The translations under genes were made by a program, and so were the position numbers. DNA of 62,954 nt, counting the filler, from Octopus bimaculoides (Eukaryota): assembly GCF_001194135.2 (NCBI RefSeq). It is 7 parts of 7 records of this genome, joined end to end, with 100 filler letters (N's around TTAATTAATTAA, not from the genome) between each part and the next. Parts side by side here need not be neighbours in the genome. Positions count along the whole stretch, not along the records: positions 15,393 to 33,543 come from NC_068988.1; positions 33,644 to 49,641 come from NC_068981.1; 5 more parts are not named here. The stretch is one strand, 5' to 3'. The notes beneath the pieces were generated by a model that saw only the letters and a list, made by a program, of their open reading frames with translations, had not been told where the DNA came from and did not search any database. Shown here piece by piece: positions 24,591-37,554 of the stretch. The stretch's first letter is position 1; every line of letters begins with the position of its first letter.

Positions 24591-26447
24591 CATATATGCA
24601 TGTATGTATACACACTGACATATACATTTATATATATATNNNNNNNNNNNNNNNNNNNNNNNNNNNNNNNNNNNNNNNNNNNNNNNNNNNNNNNNNNNNN
24701 NNNNNNNNNNNNNNNNNNNNNNNNNNNNNNNNNNNNNNNNNNNNNNNNNNNNNNNNNNNNNNNNNNNNNNNNNNNNNNNNNNNNNNNNNNNNNNNNNNNN
24801 NNNNNNNNNNNNNNNNNNNNNNNNNNNNNNNNNNNNNNNNNNNNNNNNNNNNNNNNNNNNNNNNNNNNNNNNNNNNNNNNNNNNNNNNNNNNNNNNNNNN
24901 NNNNNNNNNNNNNNNNNNNNNNNNNNNNNNNNNNNNNNNNNNNNNNNNNNNNNNNNNNNNNTATATATACATTTATATATACATATATATATGTATATAT
25001 ATTTATATGTGTGTGTGTAAGTGTGTATATGTGTGTAAACAGTATTTATGCATAGCCCGGTGTAAATCAGAAGCTAAAACATATTAGAATATCGCAAGGC
25101 CTCACTATGTGGGTTAACTAAAATATGAATAGAACCGAATTCTTTCTATGCGATTGATGTCCGTACATCAAGAGTATTGGATGTGTGTATTTACATTCTT
25201 ATTCTTCTTTACCTTCTATTGAGGCAACACACAAACACTCACACACGCACACACGTATATATGCATACATACATACATACATACACACATACATGCATAT
25301 ATATATATGTATTTGTATATATATATATATATATATATATATNNNNNNNNNNNNNNNNNNNNNNNNNNNNNNNNNNNNNNNNNNNNNNNNNNNNNNNNNN
25401 NNNNNNNNNNNNNNNNNNNNNNNNNNNNNNNNNNNNNNNNNNNNNNNNNNNNNNNNNNNNNNNNNNNNNNNNNNNNNNNNNNNNNNNNNNNNNNNNNNNN
25501 NNNNNNNNNNNNNNNNNNNNNNNNNNNNNNNNNNNNNNNNNNNNNNNNNNNNNNNNNNNNNNNNNNNNNNNNNNNNNNNNNNNNNNNNNNNNNNNNNNNN
25601 NNNNNNNNNNNNNNNNNNNNNNNNNNNNNNNNNNNNNNNNNNNNNNNNNNNNNNNNNNNNNNNNNNNNNNNNNNNNNNNNNNNNNNNNNNNNNNNNNNNN
25701 NNNNNNNNNNNNNNNNNNNNNNNNNNNNNNNNNNNNNNNNNNNNNNNNNNNNNNNNNNNNNNNNNNNNNNNNNNNNNNNNNNNNNNNNNNNNNNNNNNNN
25801 NNNNNNNNNNNNNNNNNNNNNNNNNNNNNNNNNNNNNNNNNNNNNNNNNNNNNNNNNNNNNNNNNNNNNNNNNNNNNNNNNNNNNNNNNNNNNNNNNNNN
25901 NNNNNNNNNNNNNNNNNNNNNNNNNNNNNNNNNNNNNNNNNNNNNNNNNNNNNNNNNNNNNNNNNNNNNNNNNNNNNNNNNNNNNNNNNNNNNNNNNNNN
26001 NNNNNNNNNNNNNNNNNNNNNNNNNNNNNNNNNNNNNNNNNNNNNNNNNNNNNNNNNNNNNNNNNNNNNNNNNNNNNNNNNNNNNNNNNNNNNNNNNNNN
26101 NNNNNNNNNNNNNNNNNNNNNNNNNNNNNNNNNNNNNNNNNNNNNNNNNNNNNNNNNNNNNNNNNNNNNNNNNNNNNNNNNNNNNNNNNNNNNNNNNNNN
26201 NNNNNNNNNNNNNNNNNNNNNNNNNNNNNNNNNNNNNNNNNNNNNNTATATATATATATATATATATATGAATAATGATATAGGTGGCTTGTTAGAAAAT
26301 TTATAAACAAGGGTGCAAAATAGCTCCAGTATTGCTAGAAACAAGAGCCAAAAGCGACTCAGTTAGCCTCAAAAAGCACTAAAAATTGACGAGCTGATGA
26401 AAGAGAGGGACCGAGAAAAATAATACCAACATACCGAAGCAAGAAAT

Positions 26448-26624
26448 ACTCGCAAATAAGTTTGCTGATATACCCATATCACGTGATTTCGAACTCTTAG
26501 ATGTTTCTCTTAGTCCTCACCAGTACATCTTACTGCACCTGGGGCTAAAAATGGTTACTCATCTCGTATCACGTGATATACCCATATCACGTGATGTGGA
26601 TATATCTGGAACCTATTTGCGAGT
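26448..26624. mobile_element. Small imperfect TIR element (MITE-like) with three CACGTG boxes
   Basis: ACTCGCAAATAAGTT...ATCACGTGAT inverted at both ends; 21-bp direct repeat at 26467 and 26575; interior matches 27230-27300 in reverse. Confidence 0.55.
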
Positions 26625-26639
26625 GTCGCTACAGTTTTA

Positions 26640-27035
26640 TTTTACTCTTTCATTTGTTTCAGTTATTTGACTGCGGCCATGCTGGAGCACCGCCTTTAAC
26701 CGTACAAATCGATCCCAGGACATTTTCTTTCTAAGCCTAGTACTTATTCTATCGGTCTCTTTTCGCCGAACCACTAAGTTACAGGGACGTAAACACACCA
26801 ACAACGGTTGTCAAGCGATGGTGAAGGGACAAACACAGACACACAAATATACATACATATATTATATATATATAGGACGAGCTTCTTTCAGTTTCCGTCT
26901 ACCAAATCCACTCACAAGGATTTGGTCGGCCCGAGGCTATAGTAGAAGATCCTTGCCGAAGTTGCCACGCAGTGGGACTGAACCCGGAACCATGTGGTTG
27001 CTAAGCAAGCTACGTACCATACAGCCACTCCCGTT
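26640..27035 (-). mobile_element. Full-length SINE family B (head, short TA/CA microsatellite, tail)
   Basis: Complete head and tail modules in reverse orientation. Confidence 0.85.
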
Positions 27036-27296
27036 GGCTATATTTTTCTTACTCCCTCTCCTTCGTTAACTTGTTAAATTTTAGTACCTTTTGTGGCTAA
27101 TTGAATCGCTTTTGACTCTTGTTTCTAGCAATGCTGGTACTATTTTGTACCCTTGTTTATAGATTTGCCTTTAGGTTTTTATTTGCTAACAAGTCACTTA
27201 TATTATTATTTTGAATTTGAATTACCGTTTGCATTTGGTGCGCGCCTTCAGCGGTTTTAAGAAGTTGACGAGGCGAGTAACCATTTTTAGCCCCAG

Positions 27297-27347
<51 letters not shown>

Positions 27348-27929
27348 GACACAAACACACACACACACACAAACAAACACACACACACACACACGCACAC
27401 ACACACAGACACACACACACATACATACACAGACACACATGTGGGCTTTATACTTTATTGTGGTAGCGAGACCTCTTTGGTGAGCTCATTTGCTACATCC
27501 GTTAAACGCAAGAGCTCTTCGTAGGGACTCACGCTATCACAATGACAGACGCAGACACAGACACACAATAACACAGACACAGACACACGCGCGCGCACAC
27601 ACCGACACACGCATGCATTGATAATTATTATATCAAGTTCTATGCTATTACTTAAGTTTCTTGTTCATGCGCTTGTTCAGACCTCAGTTTGACGATCGTC
27701 TCAAATATATTCAAAGACATACGCGCAAACACACAGGCAGACAGACAGACACACACGCCCCCCCACTTACTTATTCAAAGTTGCATCTTTGAGCAGCTAC
27801 TCAAAACTTTTCATCCCTGTCTTCAGGTGATTGAAGACCGGAAACAGGAAGCTCACGCAGACTCAGCTTTGAATCAATAATATTATTCTACGACAACAAA
27901 CATTATTGGGTACTTTTTTTTTCGTTCAT

Positions 27930-28388
27930 TTGTGTCTATTCTCACCTAAGCTCATGAATGTTAGGTAATGTCCGAAAGATTACGATCTTGACAAAAGCGA
28001 CTGAATTGGAGTTCTTCCGAAGGATTTGTGAAGTAACGTTACTCTTCGCCAGAGTGTGTAGCTCGGATATCAGGGAGTATCTACAAGACGAGCCACTACT
28101 TCTTCGCATTGAGAAGTCACAACTCCCATATAATGGACAATAGTTAGAATGTCGCGGAAAAGAATTGTAAGACAGATTCTTCAAGCCTAGCCAACTGTCA
28201 GTAAACCTAGGGGGTAGACCAAAAACAATGAAACAATGGTTGGATAACAACCGTAGTCTCAGTTGGTCACGCTTCGGAAACCAGCCGGAAAATTTAATGA
28301 CTGCTGCTTCTAATAAGACTCTATTGAAGAGGTGCCTGAAGACTCTACACCTTCGACTCTTCCAAGAATAATGGGCGGAGATGGATGG
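27930..28388 (+). mobile_element. Degraded RTE-clade LINE 3' fragment ending in (GGAT)n
   Basis: ATELEFFRRICEVTLL, SSDIREYLQDEPLLLRIEKSQL, RIVRQILQA, KPRGRPK..WLD. Confidence 0.85.
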
Positions 28389-29019
28389 ATGTTTCCTATC
28401 AATGTGGGGAAGAAGATTGCTTTGCAATCAGCAGTTCCCGAATTCGATGGTACCCAAAAATATCTTGATCAAGACTTTCTTTCTGTGGCCTCTCATCGAA
28501 CAAAACTTTGTGAGTAAAATTGGGTACATGGAAACTGTGCGGAGGTTTGTCAGATTGTATGTGTAATTCAACGGTCCCACTATGTCATCTGATTCTTGTT
28601 GAGGATTATTGCATTAAGAGCACACATGTCTGTGGAACTTTGTCATCTATATTCTAATGCAAAGAGTCAGTAGTTCAGATAATCAAATGAATTTCTTGTC
28701 GTTGAAAGCGACGGAAGTTCTTTTACGTTATTTTTTTTTTTTATCATATACTGAATTTGTACAATATGTTTTAAGTCTTCTTAAATTCTTGAAAACCCTG
28801 ACTTTACTAGCCTTTTGCTCAAACATTTAGTAACGTGAACGAAATGCCTCAGTAATTAGAGGTAGAAATATAAATGAATTTTCAGGCTAATGAGGAGAAG
28901 CTAGATTTCGAAGCAGTCGTCTTTAACTGTTCATTTTCCCAATGGCGTTAAATGAACTGTTCACATCTTCTGGACGGATATCTGACCCTCACAAATGAAT
29001 TCCGCAAAAAGAGCCGACG

Positions 29020-29230
29020 AGGAGAGAACTCTACATGGTAGCTTGATCTCATAAAAATAGTAGTCAGAACTCCCCACTCCCGATTACACCTTATCATCTT
29101 TTAGAAAACGAAGACGCGTTAGATAATGCAGGTTATTTGCATAAAGGGAAAAAGATGAGATCATGTCTTGAGTAACATTGATCGTAGGTTCTGCTCACTG
29201 AGAATTTAACCAGGAGTCAAACAACAATAG
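29020..29230 (+). repeat. Degraded interspersed repeat followed by (CAG)/(CAA)n; probable relative in reverse at ~30765-30925
   Basis: Weak in-window similarity only. Confidence 0.3.
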
Positions 29231-29967
29231 TAGCAGCAGCAGCAGTAGTAGTAACAGCAGCAGCAGCAGCAGCAACAACAACAACAACAACAACTACAAC
29301 AACAACATAAACAACGATAAGGGTATATGTAATTTTGTTTTCTGCCATAAACATTTACAACAAGTCTTCTGTCGTTGTTTCTGTTTAATCCTTGAATAGT
29401 TCCTGTTTAATCCTTGGATAGAACTGAAAGGTGTTACCAGTCATGACCAGCTCGTATATTTAATGTCTGCAGTATAGCAATAATTAATGTGTCCTTGTCT
29501 TGTTTGAAATGTTTGGGTACGAGAGATTTTGGCTGTTATTTCTTGTTGCGTTTTGTAAAAGTTCAGACGACAGCATTATTTGTTATTGTCGATAATCCTT
29601 GTGCTTAGACTTATGAATGTAGTGTACATCATAAATATATTTGTATTTATCTAAGGGCAGTTCTTCCAACAAATGACATTGCATATTGTTTTAGCAACCA
29701 TGTCATTCCACTTAGGATAGTAATAACGTGATGACATTTCAGACCAGCTGCATATATGTTATGTCTTCCGGAGAAATGTGACATAATCGATATTTTAGTC
29801 GTCTCTTGTGAGTTTAAGGGGCTTATTATGTTCATCGTTCAAAATGTTTTTTCTTTTCCTTCATTTCTTCCTTTCGATTACAAAAGTGTGTAACCATCGA
29901 CATAATGACGCAATGTAATTGTTTCAAGTTCAAGAAGAGGAGATATACTTCCTGTCAGTATTGGCCT

Positions 29968-30193
29968 CAGATTTTGGCACAAGGCCAGCAAGTTCGAGGG
30001 AGGGTATGTCGATTACATCGATCCCAGTATTCAATAAGTACTTATTTTATCGACCCCGGAAGTTTGAAAGGCAAAGTCGACCTCGGCGGCATTTAAACTC
30101 AGAACGTAAAGACGGACGAAATGCTGCTAAGTATTCTGCCCGGCCCGCTATCGATTCTGCCCGGCCCGCTATCGATTCTGCCAACATGCCGCC
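29968..30193 (-). mobile_element. SINE family A copy with an internal 21-bp tandem duplication
   Basis: Reverse complement of 30228-30440; ATTCTGCCCGGCCCGCTATCG x2 at 30133-30174. Confidence 0.9.
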
Positions 30194-30227
30194 CTACGCT
30201 ACCTTCCCGTCAATATTAGCATCGTTC

Positions 30228-30660
30228 AAAGGCAGCGAGCTGGCAGAATCGTTAGCACGCTGGGCAGAATGCTTAGCAGCATTTCACCCGTTGCTATGTT
30301 CTGAGTTCAAATTCTGCCGAGGTCGACTTTGCCTTTCAACTTTTCGGGGTCGATAAAATAAGTACTAGTTGAGCACCGGGGTCGATGTAATCGACTTACC
30401 ATTCTCCCGAAATTGCTGGCCTTGTGCCAAAGTTTGAAATTAATATTAGCATCATTCAAAGGCGGCGAGCTGGCAGAATAGTTAGCACACCGGGCAGAAT
30501 GCTTAGCGGCATTTCGTCCTTCTTTACGTTCTGAGTTCAAATGCCACCAAGATCGACTTTACCTTTCATCCTTTCAGGGTCGATAAAATAAGTACTAGTT
30601 GAGTATTAGGGTCGATGTAATCGACTTACCCTTCTCCTGAAATTGCTGACCTTCTGAAAC
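30228..30660 (+). mobile_element. Head-to-tail dimer of SINE family A
   Basis: Copies at 30228-30440 and 30458-30660; 16-bp AATATTAGCATCRTTC at 30212, 30442 and 30662. Confidence 0.9.
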
Positions 30661-31626
30661 CAATATTAGCATCGTTCACAAATTGGTGCTTAAAATATCC
30701 ATGCACAACAATTTGTTGGAATGCAGAGTACTTCTTTGAATCCATGTTAAAATGATCGTTGCTTAGCTTCAGGTTAGCCCTAGTCCGTGCACTCCAACTG
30801 CGACCATGCCCTCATTTGGTATATTTAAGGACTACAATGTCCAATGTATCCTTCCCCTTTTTGAGACACTAGGGCGTATTTTGAAGGGAATATGACAATC
30901 GTTTCTTGCTGGCAAAGTGACAATACAGAGGCTGTTGTTGGCATGGATTTTTTAAAGTTAGATTCCAGCAATAGTTCTTGGAACAAGTGAGATATGATAA
31001 GGAGCCGAGGTCTTGAAGGGTTCACCCCTGACTTGAAGCATCATTGTCTGGTTATTATAAACAGTTGACTGATGCATTTCATTTTGTTGTTTAGCAAATA
31101 CCGGCTCAGTGATACGAAACAAGAGTCGAAAGTTCTCTTAAACGGATCCAAACCATCTTTCCTCTTCTGTTCACTTGAGACAGAAAGAAACCTGCCAATA
31201 TCACTACTCATGTAAAGCTTTCATTTAATCTCATTTGATATCAGTGGAAAATGTATGTTTAGTAGCCCAGCAGAATGTCCGAATTTTGATACACCAGGTT
31301 AATAAAAGTAATCGGTCTGTAGTTTCCTACTAAGTAGATAAATCCAGCTTGGAGCAATACGAACTGATGTGCTATGACAACCCAGTCTGTAATATCAGAT
31401 TAAAAAATTCATAGTATATTTGAAAAAAAAAGAAAAACACACTTGTCGGCGGTGTTCTGTTGAACGCCAAAATGTTATACGACTTTCCTTTCATTAAGTC
31501 ATTTACTTGTACTCGGTTTCGACAGAGTTTTAACGAAAATTGTGAAACTTGTAATGTTTCATTTGGTGTTACTATAGCATTCAATGCCTCTCTGTCTGTA
31601 TGTATTTATATATGTATGTATGTATG

Positions 31627-32051
31627 TGTGACTATTCTTTGAGGTTAATTTAAGTTCTTGAGAGAGTTGAAGCAGGTCGCTAATAAAGTGACAAGACATT
31701 TTGAGTTACGACAGTTCCAAGTGTTTGCAAGTTAGTGGTTGAGCTGATATGTTGGTTGAACTGTTGATGCATACATTCAAGTGTGTGCATCTATTTGTAT
31801 GATAGAGAAATTTTGGAATGTCTTACAAATCTTCACTGTGCCGCCAATAGATTTGATTTAGAGAAACCATGCCAATTTCTTTTGCACTTTTTCTGTGGTA
31901 TTTCCGAGTATTTCTAGATCTTTGTGCACATTTGTTGGTATATAACATAATGCACCGATAATGATAGGTACACACAAAAATTCAGGGTACAAAATCTGTA
32001 ACTTTCGAATTAATTCGACATAAATGTTTTCTTTTTCCTGCACTTTTGATT
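31627..32051 (-). mobile_element. 5'-truncated R4/Dong-like non-LTR retrotransposon (RLE C-terminus and 3' UTR)
   Basis: KVQEKENIYVELIRKLQILYPEFLCVPIIIGALCYIP...IGGTVKICKTF, homologous to the 50761 copy; (TATG)n on both flanks. Confidence 0.8.
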
Positions 32052-33256
32052 TGTATGTATGTATGTATGTATGTGTGTGCGTGCGCGTATGCATATGTGT
32101 GTGCGTGTGCATGTGTGTATAAAAATTGCAGTCAAAATAGTACCTGTCAACTTATCACTGGAAACTAATATCGCAACCAAGAGAGTGGCAAAAGTGTACA
32201 AACTTTTGTCACTTAAATCCAATGACGTGCAGATGTCTCATTTGAGATGGCTAACATCTTGACATGATGAGGCAAATGTCATGTATATACGTATGTATAT
32301 ACATGACATCGTATGCATGTATGCATGCATGTATGTATGTATATATGTGTGTGTATATATATATATTTTTATATATATTTATATATATATAGACATGCAT
32401 ACATACATTCATACACACGCACATACACATATATATCAAATGGGTTAAACTTCTGGAACGTGTGACGTATTATATTTCCATAATTCTATGAATAGCTTCT
32501 AATTGTAATTTCTAAACTAACCGTGTTACGGTCCGAATGTAGAATCTGCAGATTTTTCTTCAATTTGGCTTCAGTTCTGCCAGACAACTGATTTCTACAA
32601 TTGTGCTCACTTATTTTTTCACCGTCCGACATCGTTATGTCTGGTATGTCTGCTAGAAAATGTCATTAAAGCGTTATCTGCCTATAAGTTGCGGTAGCCT
32701 GATAAGAACAGTCCAGCAGTATTCTTTCATATCATGGTAAGTATTCACTCCATATCACTGAAATATATTATATTTTCATCTTCAGGACTTTCCTTTCTAT
32801 ATGGCGTATTTTATAGTGCTTGCTTACTACTTCATGCCTCATAGGCAGATAATGTTTTAATGGCATTTTCGGGCAGTTTCTAATGATGTGAGTGACATCT
32901 ACATTGCTCATTCTTTCGGCTGTTCGCCGGTTGTCACACCTGTGTAGTTTACCTGTATCCGTTTCTTTCTTTGTGCTTTGTCATTTCTATTCCTGAATTG
33001 CAGAAAAGCTGTGCAAAAAACCTTCATGTCTCTCCTGGTCATCTATCAAGGAATACTTTCCGAGTAGTTCAGTCCCTACTGTCATGATATTAGCTGTCTC
33101 ATGTAAGAAGAATTGATCCATGGCTGTGATTGGCGGTTGATAGATGTCGAAGTGTCGAATTAACTGAATCGTTAGAGGGTTTACTTGTTCAGATACTCTG
33201 CGATGTGAGTTCAAATCCTGCTGAGATCAATTTGGCCTTTTATCCTTTCTGGAATC

Positions 33257-33302
<46 letters not shown>

Positions 33303-33718
33303 AATGCATACAGATATCTATACATATATACACCCATACACACACACATACATATGCACACAAACACACACATTCGTCATTTGTTTTCTTATCCAAAACT
33401 ACGTCAAAAGCATTGAATGGATCTTTAAGAAATTTGGAAATTATATTCTATGCATAATGGCCATAACCCCCATGAAAATTCATATATTTTTGATGTTGAT
33501 GAAATTTTAGCCATACATATTACACACAAATAAAGTAATATTTNNNNNNNNNNNNNNNNNNNNNNNNNNNNNNNNNNNNNNNNNNNNTTAATTAATTAAN
33601 NNNNNNNNNNNNNNNNNNNNNNNNNNNNNNNNNNNNNNNNNNNTATGGAATTATATTATACAGGTAACATAAGCACACACACTTACACATACACACACAC
33701 ACACAGATTTACAATACA

Positions 33719-34431
33719 CGTTTAGGAGAGTGGGTTATATATCTTTAGATATACACCTAACTCTCCTACATTAAATTGGAAGAGAACCGAACGCAGAAAC
33801 TCCAAACTGATCAACAACAACAAATATTTATTGTTCGGTGGAAAAGGTAAACAGCTTCTAATTGTCCGGTTTTAGAGTAGCCTGAAATGTAGATGTATGG
33901 TTCTTCGTGCTGGTGTCGTTATAGAGACAACTTGGTTCAACCACACTCAAATGGGAGAGCTTGCTTAGACGTCTTGCTTGGTCGCTGTCTGCCTTGGTAA
34001 GAGACAGTCTAGTAGCGGGAACGCTTCGATGTTGAAACCCACGCATGCGTGGTTAAGGATTCAGTAATGGCGCCTGCCTTTTGGCGCCAATATGACATCA
34101 CTACACACGAGTACCGTAACATAAGTACCTACGCCCACATCCACACGTACAAACATCGCCAGGGAAGCTGTATGGTTCTACTGGGAAGGGCTCCATGGTG
34201 GTGGAGGGAGTGCCACCAACAACCCGAATGAAAGAACCGATAACATGGGTGACAGGTCGTCGAATAAACTGACGAAGTACGATTCACAACCCGGATGCTC
34301 CAAATATACGATACTACATTTATGGCTAGTTGAGAATTGAATTAGTTGATTGCTGATTCTATCAGGGCGAAGAGACTTGATTAGAATCAGTAAACTCGTC
34401 TTTCTCAAAACGTTGCGATAATATTTTAACA
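33719..34431 (-). mobile_element. Probable solo LTR (~713 bp)
   Basis: Termini (C/T)GTT...AACA, TACA on both flanks (33715-33718 and 34432-34435), AATAAA on the minus strand near 33825, no ORF; orientation uncertain. Confidence 0.4.
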
Positions 34432-34433
34432 TA

Positions 34434-34470
<37 letters not shown>

Positions 34471-34794
34471 AAGAAAAAAAGGAAAAGGAAAATATCTGAT
34501 CAAGATAAGTAGTAAGATTGATTTACTTAGAGAAAAATTAGTCGTTTGTATTTCATCACAGATGTTGCAGTGTCTGCTGAGTTGTACTTCCGATTTTTGC
34601 TGGTGCAGTCTATATTATCTATATGTCATTTTATAATTATAAGTTTGTCTCCTCTCAGTGATTTAAAAGAATATTTTGTTTTTATTTCATTTTATTTTTT
34701 TATTTTCACATTTTTGGAATTGTATTTGGAACATCCCTAGTGATTGCTTAAGTTTGCTAGGACCTTCAGTCGGCCTTGTCTGTCATTAATCTTT

Positions 34795-35065
34795 TATCTT
34801 TTACTTGTTTCAGTCATTGAATTGCGGTTGTGTCAGGGTACAATCTTGAAGGGTTTAGTCAAACAAGTTCAACTGCAGTACTTCTTAAAGCCTGGTACTT
34901 ATTCTATCAGTTTCTTTTGCCAAATCTCCAAGTTATAGAGACGTAAACAAACCAACGATGGTTGTCAAGTGGTTGTGGGGGACAACACAACACAATTACA
35001 TACACACATTTACACACGTACATACGACGGGATTCCACACAATTTCCATCAATCAAATCCACTTT
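34795..35065 (-). mobile_element. SINE family B tail plus partial head
   Basis: Homology to 26640-26910. Confidence 0.7.
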
Positions 35066-35861
35066 TAAGGACGATGGATTATAAAATGGAAGATAGTGTC
35101 CATCTTCTTAACAACTCTCAATCCACTACCGTCACGCTTTATACAGTAGTCAACATCTTTTGTGGTAAGAGTATACCATATTACGATTCTAATTTATTCC
35201 TTAACGTATTCCTCTTTAAACGTTTTATATACTTATATGTTTATTTCTTTATTGCCTACAGGGGTGGGGGTTAAACATATTCTTATATATTGAACTATGT
35301 ATGTGCAGGAGTTGATATTTTCATGCATAAAAGTGGCCTTGTTTGTTTTGGTATTGCTGCTCCGGTTTTTAAAAAAAAATTATACATCGATTCCATAAAC
35401 AGATATCAAAATTCTATAATTTTGCTTGAAAACTTCGATGTATTTCTATTGTGACGTCATAATTTGTAGAAGTCTCTTATGAACGCGCAGAACGACTTTT
35501 GTTTTCGGTTTCATGTCTTCAATGCCTCAGCAGAAAACATTTGATTTATTGATAGTCTTTGTCTATTAATCACTCTAGAGTTGAAATATTTTTACCGACA
35601 TTAAGATAGGTAATACATTTGATTCTAGGCGCGCAGGCAGTGCGCACATTCTCATAGCTTGCTATCGAAAACAAACTGCACTCACGTGATGGGATTTCAT
35701 ATAGATTAATGAAGGAAAGTATTAAGTTCCTAAGAATTAGTTTAGCTAGCGGGGTTTTCTGCTCTTTCTGAAAGGATATCTCAATGTAAAACGAATATCT
35801 GAGGTGCATTGTAAAAGTTTTTTCAGGAGAAACATTAATTTCATAGAAGTGCAAACTCTAA

Positions 35862-36085
35862 TCTCCTCCAAAGTAGGATCCACTGACTTCAACGTACTTG
35901 TAGCGTCCTAGCTACTTTGTGAAGGTCTCATGGAAGTCCTCCAAAGTGAAGATGTCCAGGACTCTTGTCACAGCCTCCATTTTCTCAATGTTTTCAAAAC
36001 GATAGCCCCTGAGGTCCCCCTTCATCCTGGGGAACAACCAAAAGTCACAGGGAGCAAGATCTGGACTGTATGGAGCAGGTGAGGT
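35862..36085 (-). mobile_element. Mariner transposase C-terminal relic
   Basis: PAPYSPDLAPCDFWLFPRMKGDLRGYRF contains the mariner YSPDLAP signature. Confidence 0.9.
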
Positions 36086-36604
36086 CTCAGGAAGTTTTCG
36101 AAGGAAGGGCACAAGGTCAGAAGGGAATACAATTCCAGGAGAAAAGGGCGTAATAACATTTAGAAGGGCGCACTTCTTTTCTGGAGGGGTGCAGGTACCC
36201 CCCCCCCCCACCAGGTCCGTCCCTGGGGAAGGTAAGGGTCAGTTTTGATGTTCATCTGTGTCAAGTAGTTGGTCACTAAGATGGGATTGTGACAAGCAGT
36301 TGTTAATAGGCTATAACAAGCAGTATTTAGTAAGGTGTGTTGAAGATGCTGTTACAGCCGTCTCTGTCAATCTGAAATGAAAAGAAATTGGCAGATGAGC
36401 TTATATGTATAGTAACGATACTAAAATTACAATAACCTAGGACAGGTACAACTGTCTCTCCTCTAGAAAATGTCTCAAAACTTCTGTAATGCATCTCGTA
36501 TGAAGTAAAACTGAAAAACTGTATTATATCCAATTGATCTCAAAATAGCTACTACCGACTTTAGGACAGTTACACAGTTCACGATAGAAGCAAAAAAAAA
36601 AAAA

Positions 36605-36750
36605 AAACTCGTTTCAGATAGCAACCGCTCGTTTTGGTGGGAGCGGCGATGCCTCGTCATCAACCAACACTTAACAGGATGGAACAGTCATTCGCTTTGA
36701 GACAGTTATAAAGAGTGGTTTCTCAGATAACGATACCGCATGAGGAAGTA
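36605..36750 (+). repeat. Unclassified interspersed repeat (second copy at ~45490-45632, split by a SINE)
   Basis: CGTTTCAGRTAGCAACC...TTTTGGTGG...GGAACAGT...AGAGTGGTT shared by both loci. Confidence 0.55.
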
Positions 36751-36852
36751 TTCGATACAAGGTACATTTATATAATTGTAAACATCATGTATGTATGTAT
36801 GTATGTATGTATGTATGTATGTATTTATGTATGTATGTATGTATGTATGTAT

Positions 36853-37372
36853 GCAAGAGTTTCAGTTGTTGATTGGGAGAGAGAGGCACAAGACCGAAAT
36901 GGATGAAGGGAAAGAGTGCACAGTGGTTGTTCGATGTTTGAAAGAGAGAATGAAGCATAAGATCAAGAGAAGGTTTAGAAAGAATGAACCTGTAGAAAAT
37001 GAGGAAGTGTTGCTTTTTTTGTGTGTGATTTGTGGGAGGAAATGCTTGAATCATGCAGACCTGGTCAGCCATCAGGGAACTCATAAGAATCAACACCTTG
37101 TAAATTGTGATACGGTTTATTGTTCACGACAGAACATGTACACAGATGTGTACCTTTCAGTTGGAGGATTGGAAAAGCATGTCAAAACACTTCATACTTT
37201 GGCACTTGTTCTCTCTACCAGCCAACAGCACAGCTGTGCATTATGCAATAGAATGCGCAAATCTTTGGCCGGGCTCAAGAGTCGTACAAGGGCCTTAGAT
37301 TGCATCATCAGTGACTCATTTCAATGATTCTTTCTAGCAATGACTTTGCTCGTATACGAGAAAGCAGCTGCT
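36853..37372 (+). mobile_element. RTE-clade LINE 3' end with three degenerate C2H2 fingers, (TATG)n on both sides
   Basis: KHKIKRRFRK basic linker, then CVICGRKCLNHADLVSHQGTH, ...GGLEKHVKTLH and CALCNRMRKSLAGLKSR; RTE ORFs commonly end in CxxCxxxCxSxxGLxSH. Confidence 0.65.
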
Positions 37373-37554
37373 GTATGTATGTATGTATGTATGTATGTAT
37401 GTATGTGTACACACACACACACATACACAGAGTGCGCGAGACAAATTTGAGGGCATATTTCGTAATTTAATAAAACAACTGTAAACCAGTAAAAACCAAA
37501 TATAATTTAATAAAAATTTGTGCAAATGTTCTCGATAAGTTTTCTTATACGATT

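Noticed and set aside
32460-33200. Degraded coding-like minus-strand stretch near the R4 fragment
   Set aside because: Multiple stops and no diagnostic motif; cannot be assigned
36791-37327. Host C2H2 zinc-finger gene
   Set aside because: The start is a microsatellite, there are no TGEKP linkers, the fingers are degenerate and the context matches an RTE C-terminus
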